Part shown: positions 9,855-19,844 of the stretch, in pieces
Layout: each line of letters starts with the position of its first letter
Position numbering within the stretch: position 1 is the stretch's first letter
Source of the DNA: Candidatus Adamsella avium
GTDB taxonomy: Bacteria > Cyanobacteriota > Vampirovibrionia > Gastranaerophilales > CAJFVJ01
Length of the DNA: 64,000 nucleotides
Assembly: GCA_904420445.1 (NCBI GenBank)
Contig: CAJFVJ010000001.1
Span: 352,744 to 416,743 of the forward strand
Direction: 5' to 3'
Notes under the pieces: model-generated
Database searches by the model: none
Seen by the model: only the letters and a program-made list of their open reading frames with translations
Told to the model about the DNA's origin: nothing
Made by a program: the position numbers and the translations under genes

Positions 9855-12017
9855 CTAACCGTTGCAAGAGCAGCAATCGCAGCAAGAACCGAGTTTTTCT
9901 TGAGCTTCGTTCATTCTTACTTTGATACGTCCGTCGACTGCTATTCCTTCGCCTGTTTTCTCTGAAATCAACAGCGGGTTGATATCGAGTTCGTCGATGA
10001 ACGGGAAGTCTGTTACGAGTTGAGATAATCTCAGCAGTGTTTCCTGAATTTGGTCTATTTGAGCAGGAGTTGTGCCTCTTGCACCTTTGAGCAATTCATA
10101 AGCTTTAACTGACTTAATCATCTCTTCTGCATCAACGTCTGAAAGCGGAGCTATTCTGAATGTTACGTCTTTCATCGTTTCGATGAATACACCGCCCAAG
10201 CCGAACATCATCATCGGACCGTATTGAGGATCTGTTGCGATACCGCAGACCATTTCTCTGTTCCCTTTGACCATTTCTTGAACGATTACGCCTTCAAGAC
10301 CGTCGAGGATATTTCTTTCTTTGAGTCTTTCAATCAGAGCTGCATATTCCTGACGGAGGTGTTCTTCCGATTGAATGCCGACGATTACTCCGCCTACATC
10401 TGTTTTGTGAGAGATTGTTTTTGATGTAATCTTCATAACAACAGGGTATCCGATGCCGTTTGCAACATTAGCGGCTTCATCAACGTTTGTTGCAAGACCG
10501 TATTTGCAAGCTCTGATACCGTAAGCATTAAGAACATCAATTGACTCAAGAGTTGTGAGCTGTGCTCTTCCTTCTGAGAGTGATTTTTTGATTACTTCTG
10601 CTGCTTTTGCTCTGTCTACGTCATAAACAGGGAACTTACCTTCCGGTCTGTTCATCCACTGTCTTTGTCTGTCAAGTCTTGTCATTGCTTCTGCTGCTTC
10701 TTCAGCATACATATAGAACGGCATATTAACGTTCATGTTTGCAATTTTTGTGAAGAATTCGCTCTTTGTCATGAATACGCCAAGAATTGGTTTTTGAGGA
10801 TTTTTGGCTTTAATTTCCATAAGCGCTTCAGCTACGTCAATATCTGCAAGACCAAGGAACGGAAGATAGATAACAGCAATCATATCAACGTTCTCGTCAG
10901 CTATAACAGTTTCAAGAGTTTGTTTGTAGTGTTCGATAGGAGCTGATGCAATCATATCAACAGGGTTTTTGACACTTGCTGCCGCAGGCAGGAAGCTTCT
11001 CAATTTATCTTTTGTAGCGTCAGATAATTTTGCCATTTGCATGCCTGATTCACAAACAGCGTCTGTTGCCATAATACCGGGGCCGCCTGAGTTTGTGATA
11101 ATTGCAACTCTGTTGCCTTGAGGTATCGGACAGTTTGAGAATGCTTTTGCATTTGAGAACAGGTTTTTCAAAGAAAATTCTCTGATAACGCCTGATTGTT
11201 TTAATAAAGCGTCAGCTGCTTTATCAGCACCAGCAAGAGAACCTGTGTGTGAAGATGCTGCTGAAGCACCTGCTGCAGAACGTCCTGCTTTAAGGGCAAG
11301 TATCGGTTTTTTCTTTGTTATTCTGCTTGCAAGTTTTCTGAAGTTTGCAGGATTTTGAATTGACTCCATATAGAGGAGGATTTGTTTTACTTCGTCGTCG
11401 TTTTCCCAGTATTCGAGCATTGTTTCGGCATTGATATCAGCCTGATTCCCGATTGATACGAACTGAGCAAAGCCGAGGTTCAAGTCTTTGAGAATATTCA
11501 AAATACCGCCGCCAAGAGCGCCTGATTGTGAAACGAAACCGATGTCACCTTTAACTGGTAATGATTCTGCGAATGTAGCATCCATTCTGATGTTGTCATC
11601 AGTGTTCAAAACACCTAAGCAGTTTGGACCTACGCATCTCATACCGTATGAACGGATTTTTTCGAGAAGTTGTTTTTCGAGTTCAGCGCCTTCTTTTCCT
11701 GTTTCTTTGAAACCTGCTGTAATGATACATATACCTTTGATGCCTTTTTCATGGCATTGGTCAATTGTATCAAGAACGAATTTAGCGTTAACTACTATAA
11801 CAGCCAGATCAACATCGCCGGGTACTTCGTTGATTGAAGTGTAAGCCTGAAATCCCTCGATAATTCCGCCTTTTGGGTTAACAGGGTAGATATTACCGTT
11901 GAATTTGTAATCTCTCAATCTTTGCATAATTTCTGAGCCGATAGTTTTCGGTTTTGTTGAAGCACCAATTACGGCAATTGATTTTGGCTTCATAATTGCG
12001 TCAATTTGTTTTACCAT
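9855..12017 (-). CDS. ADP-forming acetate/acyl-CoA ligase (fused alpha-beta)
   Basis: SIAVIGAS CoA-binding fold, GPNCLG, SQSGA, SHTGSLAG phospho-His, ATP-grasp HKTDVGGV, ELDINPL. Confidence 0.93.
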   Translation of the reverse strand: MVKQIDAIMKPKSIAVIGASTKPKTIGSEIMQRLRDYKFNGNIYPVNPKGGIIEGFQAYTSINEVPGDVDLAVIVVNAKFVLDTIDQCHEKGIKGICIITAGFKETGKEGAELEKQLLEKIRSYGMRCVGPNCLGVLNTDDNIRMDATFAESLPVKGDIGFVSQSGALGGGILNILKDLNLGFAQFVSIGNQADINAETMLEYWENDDEVKQILLYMESIQNPANFRKLASRITKKKPILALKAGRSAAGASAASSHTGSLAGADKAADALLKQSGVIREFSLKNLFSNAKAFSNCPIPQGNRVAIITNSGGPGIMATDAVCESGMQMAKLSDATKDKLRSFLPAAASVKNPVDMIASAPIEHYKQTLETVIADENVDMIAVIYLPFLGLADIDVAEALMEIKAKNPQKPILGVFMTKSEFFTKIANMNVNMPFYMYAEEAAEAMTRLDRQRQWMNRPEGKFPVYDVDRAKAAEVIKKSLSEGRAQLTTLESIDVLNAYGIRACKYGLATNVDEAANVANGIGYPVVMKITSKTISHKTDVGGVIVGIQSEEHLRQEYAALIERLKERNILDGLEGVIVQEMVKGNREMVCGIATDPQYGPMMMFGLGGVFIETMKDVTFRIAPLSDVDAEEMIKSVKAYELLKGARGTTPAQIDQIQETLLRLSQLVTDFPFIDELDINPLLISEKTGEGIAVDGRIKVRMNEAQEKLGSCCDCCSCNG

Positions 12018-12130
12018 TTTTGTTTCCTCTATTTCTTTTTAAAAAAATTTTTAAGTAAAAACTATATCTTTATTAAATTACAACCAAAGTGTCGTGTAAA
12101 TAGCAAAAGGGAAAAAATCTTACAACAATC

Positions 12131-12760
12131 TTAGTTGTAGCCCTCATCAAGCCATTCTCTGATTCTGAATTTTGCTCCAAGATTTTCTGCAATTTCTCTG
12201 CATTTTTCAACATCCGGCTTGAAGTCTTTGTAGCCTGTTACGATGGTTGCTGTTGTATCTATTCCGTTTTCAGAACATTCTTTGATGAAATCCAAAACCG
12301 CCTGATACGCTGTTTCAGCGGTATAAGTCGGCTGAGAAATTCTTCCGTACAACTCGGCATTTTCTCCATTTAAGCTGACTGATACTTTATCAATCAATCC
12401 CTTCAGCTCTGGTATAATGTCCCTTTTGTGGATAAGGTTGCCATGTCCGTTGGTATTTATTCTTATTTTTTTATCAGGATAGTGCTCTTTGAGAAATTTT
12501 GAGATTTCTTTTATGTGCTCTAGTTTGATGATTGGCTCGCCGTAGCCGCAGAAGACAAATTCACGCTGCTGTTGCGGAGAGAGTTTTTTAATTTGTTCTA
12601 TTACATCCTGAGGTGTAAATTTTTCTTTTTCTAACCACAGATTTTTGTCTTTGACTTTGGAGTTCAAATCTCTTATGCAGAACACGCAGTTGTTTGTGCA
12701 GGCATTGGTAAGATTTATGTATAACGCTCCGTCAAGAAGATATGCATAGTTATCGCTCAT
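12131..12760 (-). CDS. TatD-associated radical SAM protein
   Basis: YINLTNACTNNCVFCIR, VFCGYGEP, RINTNGHG. Confidence 0.88.
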   Translation of the reverse strand: MSDNYAYLLDGALYINLTNACTNNCVFCIRDLNSKVKDKNLWLEKEKFTPQDVIEQIKKLSPQQQREFVFCGYGEPIIKLEHIKEISKFLKEHYPDKKIRINTNGHGNLIHKRDIIPELKGLIDKVSVSLNGENAELYGRISQPTYTAETAYQAVLDFIKECSENGIDTTATIVTGYKDFKPDVEKCREIAENLGAKFRIREWLDEGYN

Positions 12761-12975
12761 GTTTATCACCTGTTTTTTCTACAAGAATATTTTCACATGA
12801 GTTATACTTTTAATTCAACTTTTTTAATCCTTTTTGATAGCCAGCCGGCTAATTGAAAGGTCAATCAAAATCTTTTTTAATATAATTAATCTTTTTCATA
12901 CTTCCAGCTATTCTTAATTCCAGAGCTTGAACCTTAGTAAAATAAGGTTCTTTTTTTTATTTGCGGGATTTTCAT

Positions 12976-13125
12976 GGAACTTATATAACAAATTCCTCAG
13001 ATACTATTAAAGGTCCGTTATTATGATGGATTTAGCCCGAAGAGTCCTTTTTGTTTAGATACTTCGCTAACACTCAGTATGACGTTGTTTTGGAAATTTT
13101 TGGCGGAATTTGATATATAAAACCC
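12976..13125 (-). mobile_element. MITE copy 2
   Basis: Reverse complement of copy 1 with substitutions; flanks ATTTTCAT/ATTTTCAC (7/8). Confidence 0.8.
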
Positions 13126-13137
13126 ATTTTCACTGCG

Positions 13138-13166
13138 TTGACTCGCTTTCTTGCTTTATTTATAAT
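13138..13166 (+). promoter_or_regulatory. Sigma70-type promoter of the his operon
   Basis: TTGACT-17 bp-TATAAT. Confidence 0.75.
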
Positions 13167-13188
13167 ATGGCGAGAGATGAGGTGTGAT

Positions 13189-14913
13189 ATGGTAAAACCT
13201 AAAAAACAACTGAATGGAGTGTCAGGATATGACCACCAGCTCTATATCGAAGATTGGAAAATAAAGTTAGATTCCAATGAGAATCTCCTCGGACCATCTG
13301 AGAAGGTTGTCGATGTGTTGAAGCATATTACGGGCAATGATGTGAAATTCTATCCGGCTTACGGCGAGTTGATTTCTACGATTGCCGGGGCAAATAATGT
13401 TTCTGAAGATATGGTTTTGCCGACAAACGGCGGAGATGAGGCAATTTGCTATATTCTCAATACTTTTCTTGAAGAAGATGAGAATGTTGTGACAGCTGTT
13501 CCGACGTTTGTAATGTCGAAGATTTATGCGAGAATTTCAAATTCATCATATAAAGAAGTGCCGTATAAAAGAAAATGGGTTTACCCGATAGATGATGTTC
13601 TTTCTGCAATTGATGAGAAGACAAAGATTGTTCTTGTCACAACTCCAAACAGCCCTACGGGGGATAGTATTTCTGAAGATAATCTTCTGAGAATAATCGA
13701 AAAAGCGCAAACGCAGAACACTCTTGTGATGATAGACCAGACTTACGGCAGTTATTCTGATAAGAGTTATGTATCTTTTGCATCAAAATTTGATAATGTA
13801 GCGATTGTACGTTCGATGTCAAAAGACTTTGCTCTTGCAGGGCTGCGGCTCGGGTATATTATTTCGAACGCTGAGAATATCAATCACATAAAGAAAATAT
13901 TCAATCCTTTCAGCGTAAATATTATTGCTGCAAAAGCCGGCGTTGCATCTTTGAGAGATACCGATCATTTCAAATTTGTACGGGATGAAATCTTGCGCTC
14001 GAAAGATATTGTTACGGAAGGTTTGAAAGATGTAGCGACTGTTTACCCGAGCGATGGAAACTTTTTGTGCATAGATTTCGGCGAAAGAGCTTCATATATT
14101 TATAAAAAACTTTTGAAACACGGAATAAAGGTCAAGTTTATGCATGACGGGCTTGTGAAAAATTGTTTCCGGGTGACAATGCCTTCGAACAAAGATGCAC
14201 ATGAACTTGTTGAAGTGATAAAAAAACCTTCAAAACTTTTGATTTTTGACATAGACGGTGTTCTGGTAGATACATCAAAATCCTATCGTATGGCGATAAA
14301 ATCCACATTTGAATTTTTTGCTAAAAAAGAGCTCTCTTTTGATAAAATCCGTGAAGCTAAGAATTTGGGCGGATTAAACAATGATTGGGATTTGACGGAG
14401 TATCTCCTAAAAGAAGAGGGAATCCGTGTTCCGAAACAGGCAATAATCGATAAATTCCAGACGCTTTATTTCGGGCATGGCGGTGACGGGTTAATCAGAA
14501 ATGAGTCTTTGCTTATCTCAAAAGAAGAACTCGAAGAGTTATCAAAGGATTTTGATTTAGCGGTCTTTACCGGTCGTCCGAGGGCTGAGGCTGAGTTTAT
14601 ATTGAAATATTTCGGTATATATGATTTGTTCTCTCCGATAATAACCATGAATGACGTACCTGAGAACAGACAAAAACCTTATCCTGACGGCATTTTGAAG
14701 ATTGTTGATATTGTCCGTCCCTCAGAAACATATTATCTCGGAGATACTCAGGATGATATGCTCTCAGCCAAAACAGCCGAGGTAAAAGGGATAGGAGTTT
14801 TGCCTCCTCAGGACAAGAGCGAAACCCTCAAACAATTGATGTCAAATCATCAACCTGTGGTAATATTAGAGAATACAAAAGATATTATCAGCTATATGGG
14901 AGCAAGAAGATGA
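13189..14913 (+). CDS. hisC: Histidinol-phosphate aminotransferase fused to a C-terminal HAD phosphatase (TIGR01548-like)
   Basis: KLDSNEN, TPNSPTG, RSMSKDFALAGLRLGY; then FDIDGVLVDTSKSYR, FTGRP, KPYPDG, GDTQDD; upstream of hisB/hisH. Confidence 0.88.
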   Translation: MVKPKKQLNGVSGYDHQLYIEDWKIKLDSNENLLGPSEKVVDVLKHITGNDVKFYPAYGELISTIAGANNVSEDMVLPTNGGDEAICYILNTFLEEDENVVTAVPTFVMSKIYARISNSSYKEVPYKRKWVYPIDDVLSAIDEKTKIVLVTTPNSPTGDSISEDNLLRIIEKAQTQNTLVMIDQTYGSYSDKSYVSFASKFDNVAIVRSMSKDFALAGLRLGYIISNAENINHIKKIFNPFSVNIIAAKAGVASLRDTDHFKFVRDEILRSKDIVTEGLKDVATVYPSDGNFLCIDFGERASYIYKKLLKHGIKVKFMHDGLVKNCFRVTMPSNKDAHELVEVIKKPSKLLIFDIDGVLVDTSKSYRMAIKSTFEFFAKKELSFDKIREAKNLGGLNNDWDLTEYLLKEEGIRVPKQAIIDKFQTLYFGHGGDGLIRNESLLISKEELEELSKDFDLAVFTGRPRAEAEFILKYFGIYDLFSPIITMNDVPENRQKPYPDGILKIVDIVRPSETYYLGDTQDDMLSAKTAEVKGIGVLPPQDKSETLKQLMSNHQPVVILENTKDIISYMGARR

Positions 14914-15494
14914 GAACATCGACCCGTGAGAGAAAGACTCTTGAAACAGAAATCAAAATCAGCCTGAATCTTGACGGCACAGGAAAGAGGAATATATCTA
15001 CAGGTATAAAATTCTTTGACCACATGCTTGAGCAGTTTGCTGCCCACGGGCATTTTGATATTGATATAAATTCAAAATCTCTCGATGGTGATTCTCATCA
15101 TGTTCTTGAAGATACAGCGATTACTCTCGGGGAAGCTTTCAAAGAGGCTCTAGGTGATAAAAAAGGCATTAAACGCTACGGGCATGCAATTATCCCTATG
15201 GATGAGGCTCTTGTGTTGAGTGTTGTTGACCTTAGCGGGCGACCTTTTTCGGGTGTTGATGTTGAGATAGAAGAACAGATTGTCAGCGATTTTGAGACCG
15301 TTTTGCTGAAGCATTTCTTCAACAGTTTTTCTGTTGCAAGTGCTTCTACCATACACATAAAGTTGTTAGCCGGCGAGGACACTCATCATAAAATTGAAGC
15401 TGTTTTTAAATCTTTTGCACGTGCTCTTTCTCAGGCTGTATCAATTGATGAAAAGCATTCTGATATCACTCCTTCGACGAAGGGAATTTTATGA
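14910..15494 (+). CDS. hisB: Imidazoleglycerol-phosphate dehydratase (monofunctional)
   Basis: FFDHML, HHVLED, PMDEAL, HHKIEAVFK. Confidence 0.96.
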   Translation: MRTSTRERKTLETEIKISLNLDGTGKRNISTGIKFFDHMLEQFAAHGHFDIDINSKSLDGDSHHVLEDTAITLGEAFKEALGDKKGIKRYGHAIIPMDEALVLSVVDLSGRPFSGVDVEIEEQIVSDFETVLLKHFFNSFSVASASTIHIKLLAGEDTHHKIEAVFKSFARALSQAVSIDEKHSDITPSTKGIL

Positions 15495-16078
15495 AAATAG
15501 CTGTAATAGACTATGGAGCAGGCAATTTGTGCAGCATAGCAAATATGCTTGATAATTTTGACTGCGAGTATGAACTTACATCTGATGAGAAGAAGATTTT
15601 GTCTGCTGATAAAATAATCTTCCCCGGTCAGGGACACTTTGCTCAAGCAATGAGAAACCTTGATGAAAAAGGGCTTGTTCCTGTAATAAAAGAGTCTATC
15701 AATTCGGGAAAATATTTCTTGGGAGTGTGTTTGGGGCTTCAGGTTCTGTTTGAAAAAAGTGAAGAAGCTCCGAGGGTTGAGGGTCTTGGTGTTTTCAGAG
15801 GTGAAGTTTTGAAATTCAAAGAGGGGAAAATTCCTCAGATAGGCTGGAACAAACTTCGTACCACTTCAAATAACAGAGTGTTGTCAGATGATTATTTTTA
15901 TTTCGTAAATTCTTATTATGTAAAACCTGAAGATGAGAGTATAGTGTCCGCTTATTGCAGTTATTATATTGATTTTGCTGCATCCGTTGAGAAAGATAAC
16001 ATTTTCGCCATGCAGTTTCATCCTGAAAAAAGTGCAAAAGCAGGGTATGATGTCTTCAGAAAGTGGATAGAGCTGTAA
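15491..16078 (+). CDS. hisH: Imidazole glycerol phosphate synthase glutaminase subunit
   Basis: IDYGAGN, PGQG, GVCLG, QFHPEKS. Confidence 0.96.
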   Translation: MKIAVIDYGAGNLCSIANMLDNFDCEYELTSDEKKILSADKIIFPGQGHFAQAMRNLDEKGLVPVIKESINSGKYFLGVCLGLQVLFEKSEEAPRVEGLGVFRGEVLKFKEGKIPQIGWNKLRTTSNNRVLSDDYFYFVNSYYVKPEDESIVSAYCSYYIDFAASVEKDNIFAMQFHPEKSAKAGYDVFRKWIEL

Positions 16079-16169
16079 ATATTATTATTTAATTTAACTG
16101 AATGATTACAATATATGAAAAGTATTATTTAATTAGTATGAGATAATTGTAATTACATTTGGAGCAAAG

Positions 16170-16910
16170 ATGAATATAGTAGCCTTAATAGGGGCAGTTG
16201 CCGGCGTCGGGTTTATTCTAATCGGGCAGGCTCTCGAAGGTGGTAATATTAATCAGCTTATACAGATTACGGCTGCATTTATTGTATTCGGGGGTACTTT
16301 TGGCGCAATACTTCTGAGCTTTCCGCCGGAAACTTTGATGGATGCTTTGAAGAGCACAAAAATCGTTTTCTTCTCAACAAAGATAAACTATGAAGTTATC
16401 ATACAAAAAATAATAACTTATGCGCAAAAAGCACGTAAAGAGGGCGTTATATCTCTTGAACAGGATGCAAAGACAGAAGACGATGAATTTTTGAAACTGG
16501 GTCTTGAACTGGTGAGCGATGGTACTGACCCGAAACTTGTCCGTGAAATGCTTGAAAATAAAATGACTCAAGAAGAAGCAAAAGAAGCAGGGGCTGCAAA
16601 AGTTTGGGAATCAGCAGGCGGATTTTCTCCGACAATCGGTATCATCGGAGCTGTTCTCGGTTTGATTCAGGTTATGCAGAATTTATCAGACCCTTCAAAA
16701 CTCGGCGCAGGTATTGCTGTTGCGTTTGTTGCAACTGTTTATGGTGTTGGTTTTGCAAATTTAATCAGTATTCCTATGTCTACAAATTTGCGTTTTAAAT
16801 CAAAAGAAGTGATGATTGCAAGAGAGATGATTCTCGAGGGTATACTTGCCATTCAGGCAGGTGAAAGCCCTGCGTTGATAGAAAGAAAGCTCCAGACATA
16901 TTTACTTTAA
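16170..16910 (+). CDS. motA: Flagellar stator MotA
   Basis: ARKEGVISLE, PTIGIIGAVLGLI, AFVATVYG. Confidence 0.93.
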   Translation: MNIVALIGAVAGVGFILIGQALEGGNINQLIQITAAFIVFGGTFGAILLSFPPETLMDALKSTKIVFFSTKINYEVIIQKIITYAQKARKEGVISLEQDAKTEDDEFLKLGLELVSDGTDPKLVREMLENKMTQEEAKEAGAAKVWESAGGFSPTIGIIGAVLGLIQVMQNLSDPSKLGAGIAVAFVATVYGVGFANLISIPMSTNLRFKSKEVMIAREMILEGILAIQAGESPALIERKLQTYLL

Positions 16911-16948
16911 TATTTTTATTAACCGAGGGAGTATAAACAAGGCTCAGT

Positions 16949-18157
16949 ATGGCGAAAAAAAAACATCAGGAAGAACATGAAAATTTAGAAAGATGGCTTG
17001 TGTCATATGCTGATTTTATGACATTGCTGTTTGCCACATTTGTTGTTCTCTATGGTCTTGCCATGTCAAATGCTCAGGATTATACAAACCTGCAGGATTC
17101 TCTTGAAAGAGCTTTCTCGGCATCATCTTTGTTTGATGGTTCTCCAAGCATTATGGGAGAAGGAGGAAATGATGAAAGTGTATTTGACAACACTCCCGGA
17201 GATTCCGTTGTTCCTCCACTTCTTGAACTGTTGAGTCCCAAGTACGAGCAGGAGTCTTTTGAGAAGATTAAAGAAGCCATAGAAAAAGATAAGGACCTTA
17301 AAGATGATATTGATGTCAGCATAGATGAAAGAGGGCTTGTCATCAATATTTTGGACTCTGATTTGTTATTTGAGTCATCAAGTACAAAACTTACGCTTAA
17401 ATCGACGAAAATTCTCGATAAAGTAGGAGGGTTGATAAAGAGCAAATTCAACCTGCATAATATAAGAGTTGAAGGACACACAGACAGTGTGCCGATGGCG
17501 TCTGCCGTTTATCCGTCGAACTGGGAACTTTCAGCTGCGAGAGCAGGAAGTGTCGCAAGATATCTCATAACAAATTTTTCTTTCAAGCCGAATTTGTTTT
17601 CAATTGTCGGTTATGCAGATACCCGCCCCATTGCCGATAACAAAAAACCTGAAGACCGCAAGAAAAACAGACGTGTTGAGATTATTGTTTTGAAAAATAA
17701 GGTAGCAATGAGCGATCCTGAGTCATCGGTTCATCAGTCTTTGAATATTTATAATAACAATCCTAATGCCCCTGTATCAGACAACAAAGACAATCTTAAA
17801 AACTTGGGGAATCCTCAGACACAGCGAGTTAACCCTGAGCTTCCCGTGTCAGATAAAACCGCTCCGGAGCACAAAAACAGTGCGGCAGTAAACGCCATTC
17901 TTGAAGAAGGCGACTCAAAAGATGCGATTATTATCCAGGACACATACAAAAAAGAATCTGACGATATTGAAAATCAAATTTTCCAATATGAACAGTCAAT
18001 AAAAGGTCAGGTTCAGGAAAATAACAACAAAACACAGCCGATAACTCAATATTCAGCTGACGAAAAAGTTTTGAACGAATCTGAGTCAGAGTCGTTTTTT
18101 ACCCAGCTGTATAATTCGTTGTTCAAACCTAAAGATTCATCAGGGGCAAAAGAATGA
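16949..18157 (+). CDS. motB: Flagellar stator MotB with a long C-terminal extension
   Basis: WLVSYADFMTLL, OmpA-like EGHTD, NWELSAARA, NRRVEI. Confidence 0.93.
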   Translation: MAKKKHQEEHENLERWLVSYADFMTLLFATFVVLYGLAMSNAQDYTNLQDSLERAFSASSLFDGSPSIMGEGGNDESVFDNTPGDSVVPPLLELLSPKYEQESFEKIKEAIEKDKDLKDDIDVSIDERGLVINILDSDLLFESSSTKLTLKSTKILDKVGGLIKSKFNLHNIRVEGHTDSVPMASAVYPSNWELSAARAGSVARYLITNFSFKPNLFSIVGYADTRPIADNKKPEDRKKNRRVEIIVLKNKVAMSDPESSVHQSLNIYNNNPNAPVSDNKDNLKNLGNPQTQRVNPELPVSDKTAPEHKNSAAVNAILEEGDSKDAIIIQDTYKKESDDIENQIFQYEQSIKGQVQENNNKTQPITQYSADEKVLNESESESFFTQLYNSLFKPKDSSGAKE

Positions 18158-19455
18158 GAATAGTTGATTTAATAGAAAAGAAAAAAAAAGGTTCCACCTA
18201 CACCCGTGATGAAATACAGTTTATTATAGACGGGATTACCAACGGGACGATTGCTGATTATCAAATTTCTGCATGGTTGATGGCTGTTTGGTTCGCCGGA
18301 ATGAATGATGATGAAACGGCTTATCTGACAGAGGCGATGGCGAAGTCGGGAGATATGCTTGATTTATCATCATTGGGTAATTATATTGTAGACAAACATT
18401 CAACAGGCGGAGTGGGCGATAAAATTACACTTGTGCTGATACCTCTTCTCGCTGCAGCAGGGCTGCCTGTTGCAAAGTTATCCGGACGCGGGCTCGGGCA
18501 TACCGGAGGAACAATTGACAAGTTAGAGTCAATTGATGGATTCAGAACGGATTTATCTATCGACGAATTTTTGGCTCAGGTGAAGAATATCAACGTGGCT
18601 ATTGCCTCACAAACTCTTGAGCTGACGCCTGCAGATGGAAAGCTTTATGCTCTGAGAGATGTTACCGCAACTGTTGATTGCCTTCCTTTTATATGTTCAT
18701 CAGTTGTATCAAAAAAAATTGCATCAGGCGCAAACATAATCATACTTGATGTAAAATGCGGAAGCGGGGCATTCATCAAGACCAAAGAGCAGGCAGAGAA
18801 GTTATCTGAGCTTATGGTATCTGTCGGTCACAGGCTCGGGCGTGACATCACGGCTGTTATAACAGATATGAACCAGCCTCTTGGTTTTGCTGTCGGAAAT
18901 TTGCTTGAAGTAGTCGAGTCTGTTGATGTCTTGAAAGGAAAAGGACCTGATGATGTCAGAGATTTGTCGGTTTATTTTGCGGCGCTTGCTCTTGTGAAAG
19001 CGAAGAAGTTTGAAAATCTGGAAGATGCTGAGGTTTATTTGTGCAAACTTCTCGATGACGGGTCAGCTTTCAGAAAATTTGAAGAGATGGTATCAGCGCA
19101 GCATGGAAACCTTTTGTCCATTGAAAAAGGAACATATGATAAGGCAAGATATATTCTTGATGTGAAGTCTTTTAGCGATGGATATGTTTCAAGATGTGAT
19201 GCATTGAGTATTGCAAAAGCCTGCAAGATGTTAGGAGCAGGCAGAGAAAAGAAGGGTGATGAGATTAACCATAGAGTTGGAGTTGTGCTTGCAAAAAAAA
19301 TCGGAGATGAGGTCAAGAATGGAGAGGTGCTTGCTTATGTCCATGCCGATGATGAAAATTTAGGAAAAGCGGTCTGTGAAGAGGTGGCAAAGGCTTATGA
19401 AACTGTATCAGAGCATGTTTATGCTGAAAAGTTGATTTATAAGACAATATGTTAG
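18154..19455 (+). CDS. pdp: Pyrimidine-nucleoside/thymidine phosphorylase
   Basis: DKHSTGGVGDK, SGRGLGHTGGT.DKLESI, LYALRDVT. Confidence 0.95.
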   Translation: MRIVDLIEKKKKGSTYTRDEIQFIIDGITNGTIADYQISAWLMAVWFAGMNDDETAYLTEAMAKSGDMLDLSSLGNYIVDKHSTGGVGDKITLVLIPLLAAAGLPVAKLSGRGLGHTGGTIDKLESIDGFRTDLSIDEFLAQVKNINVAIASQTLELTPADGKLYALRDVTATVDCLPFICSSVVSKKIASGANIIILDVKCGSGAFIKTKEQAEKLSELMVSVGHRLGRDITAVITDMNQPLGFAVGNLLEVVESVDVLKGKGPDDVRDLSVYFAALALVKAKKFENLEDAEVYLCKLLDDGSAFRKFEEMVSAQHGNLLSIEKGTYDKARYILDVKSFSDGYVSRCDALSIAKACKMLGAGREKKGDEINHRVGVVLAKKIGDEVKNGEVLAYVHADDENLGKAVCEEVAKAYETVSEHVYAEKLIYKTIC

Positions 19456-19501
19456 AGATTGACCGATTTTGATTAGATGATAAACTTGAATATAGAACTG
19501 A

Positions 19502-19589
19502 GGAGAAGTGTCCGAGCGGTTTAAGGTGCAGTCCTGGAAAGACTGTGTACCTCAAAAGGGTACCGGGGGTTCGAATCCCCCCTTCTCCG
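19502..19589 (+). tRNA. tRNA-Ser(GGA)
   Basis: GGAGAAG/CTTCTCC acceptor stem, loop CT-GGA-AA, long variable arm, GGTTCGAATCC; CCA not encoded. Confidence 0.95.
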
Positions 19590-19844
19590 TTTTTTTGTGT
19601 CGGTTGTAATATATATTTTATTAAAGTTTGGAGTTCTTTGCAGGTTTGTTCTAAGTCAGCCGTCTTGAGTATAAACATGTTGAAGAAAAACTTTGATGAG
19701 CAGAGTTTTTGTAGCAAGAGTTGTCAAAATTTTGGAAAACGGTTGAGTTATTTTGTTTGAATACTGCAAAATAAATATTAATATTTAGTAATAAATATAA
19801 TATAAAAAGAGAAATTTCTTTAATTAAAATTTTTTATTTTAAAT

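Noticed and set aside
12770-13188. His leader peptide or attenuator upstream of hisC
   Set aside because: No His-codon run; the promoter lies only about 20 bp before the start codon.
16170-18157. MotAB as a Zorya defence system
   Set aside because: Canonical flagellar stator motifs, no long ZorA tail, no zorC/D/E, housekeeping context.
19313-19760. ORFs 19313-19717 and 19545-19760 (and 42038-42274)
   Set aside because: They overlap tRNA genes and are spurious translations.
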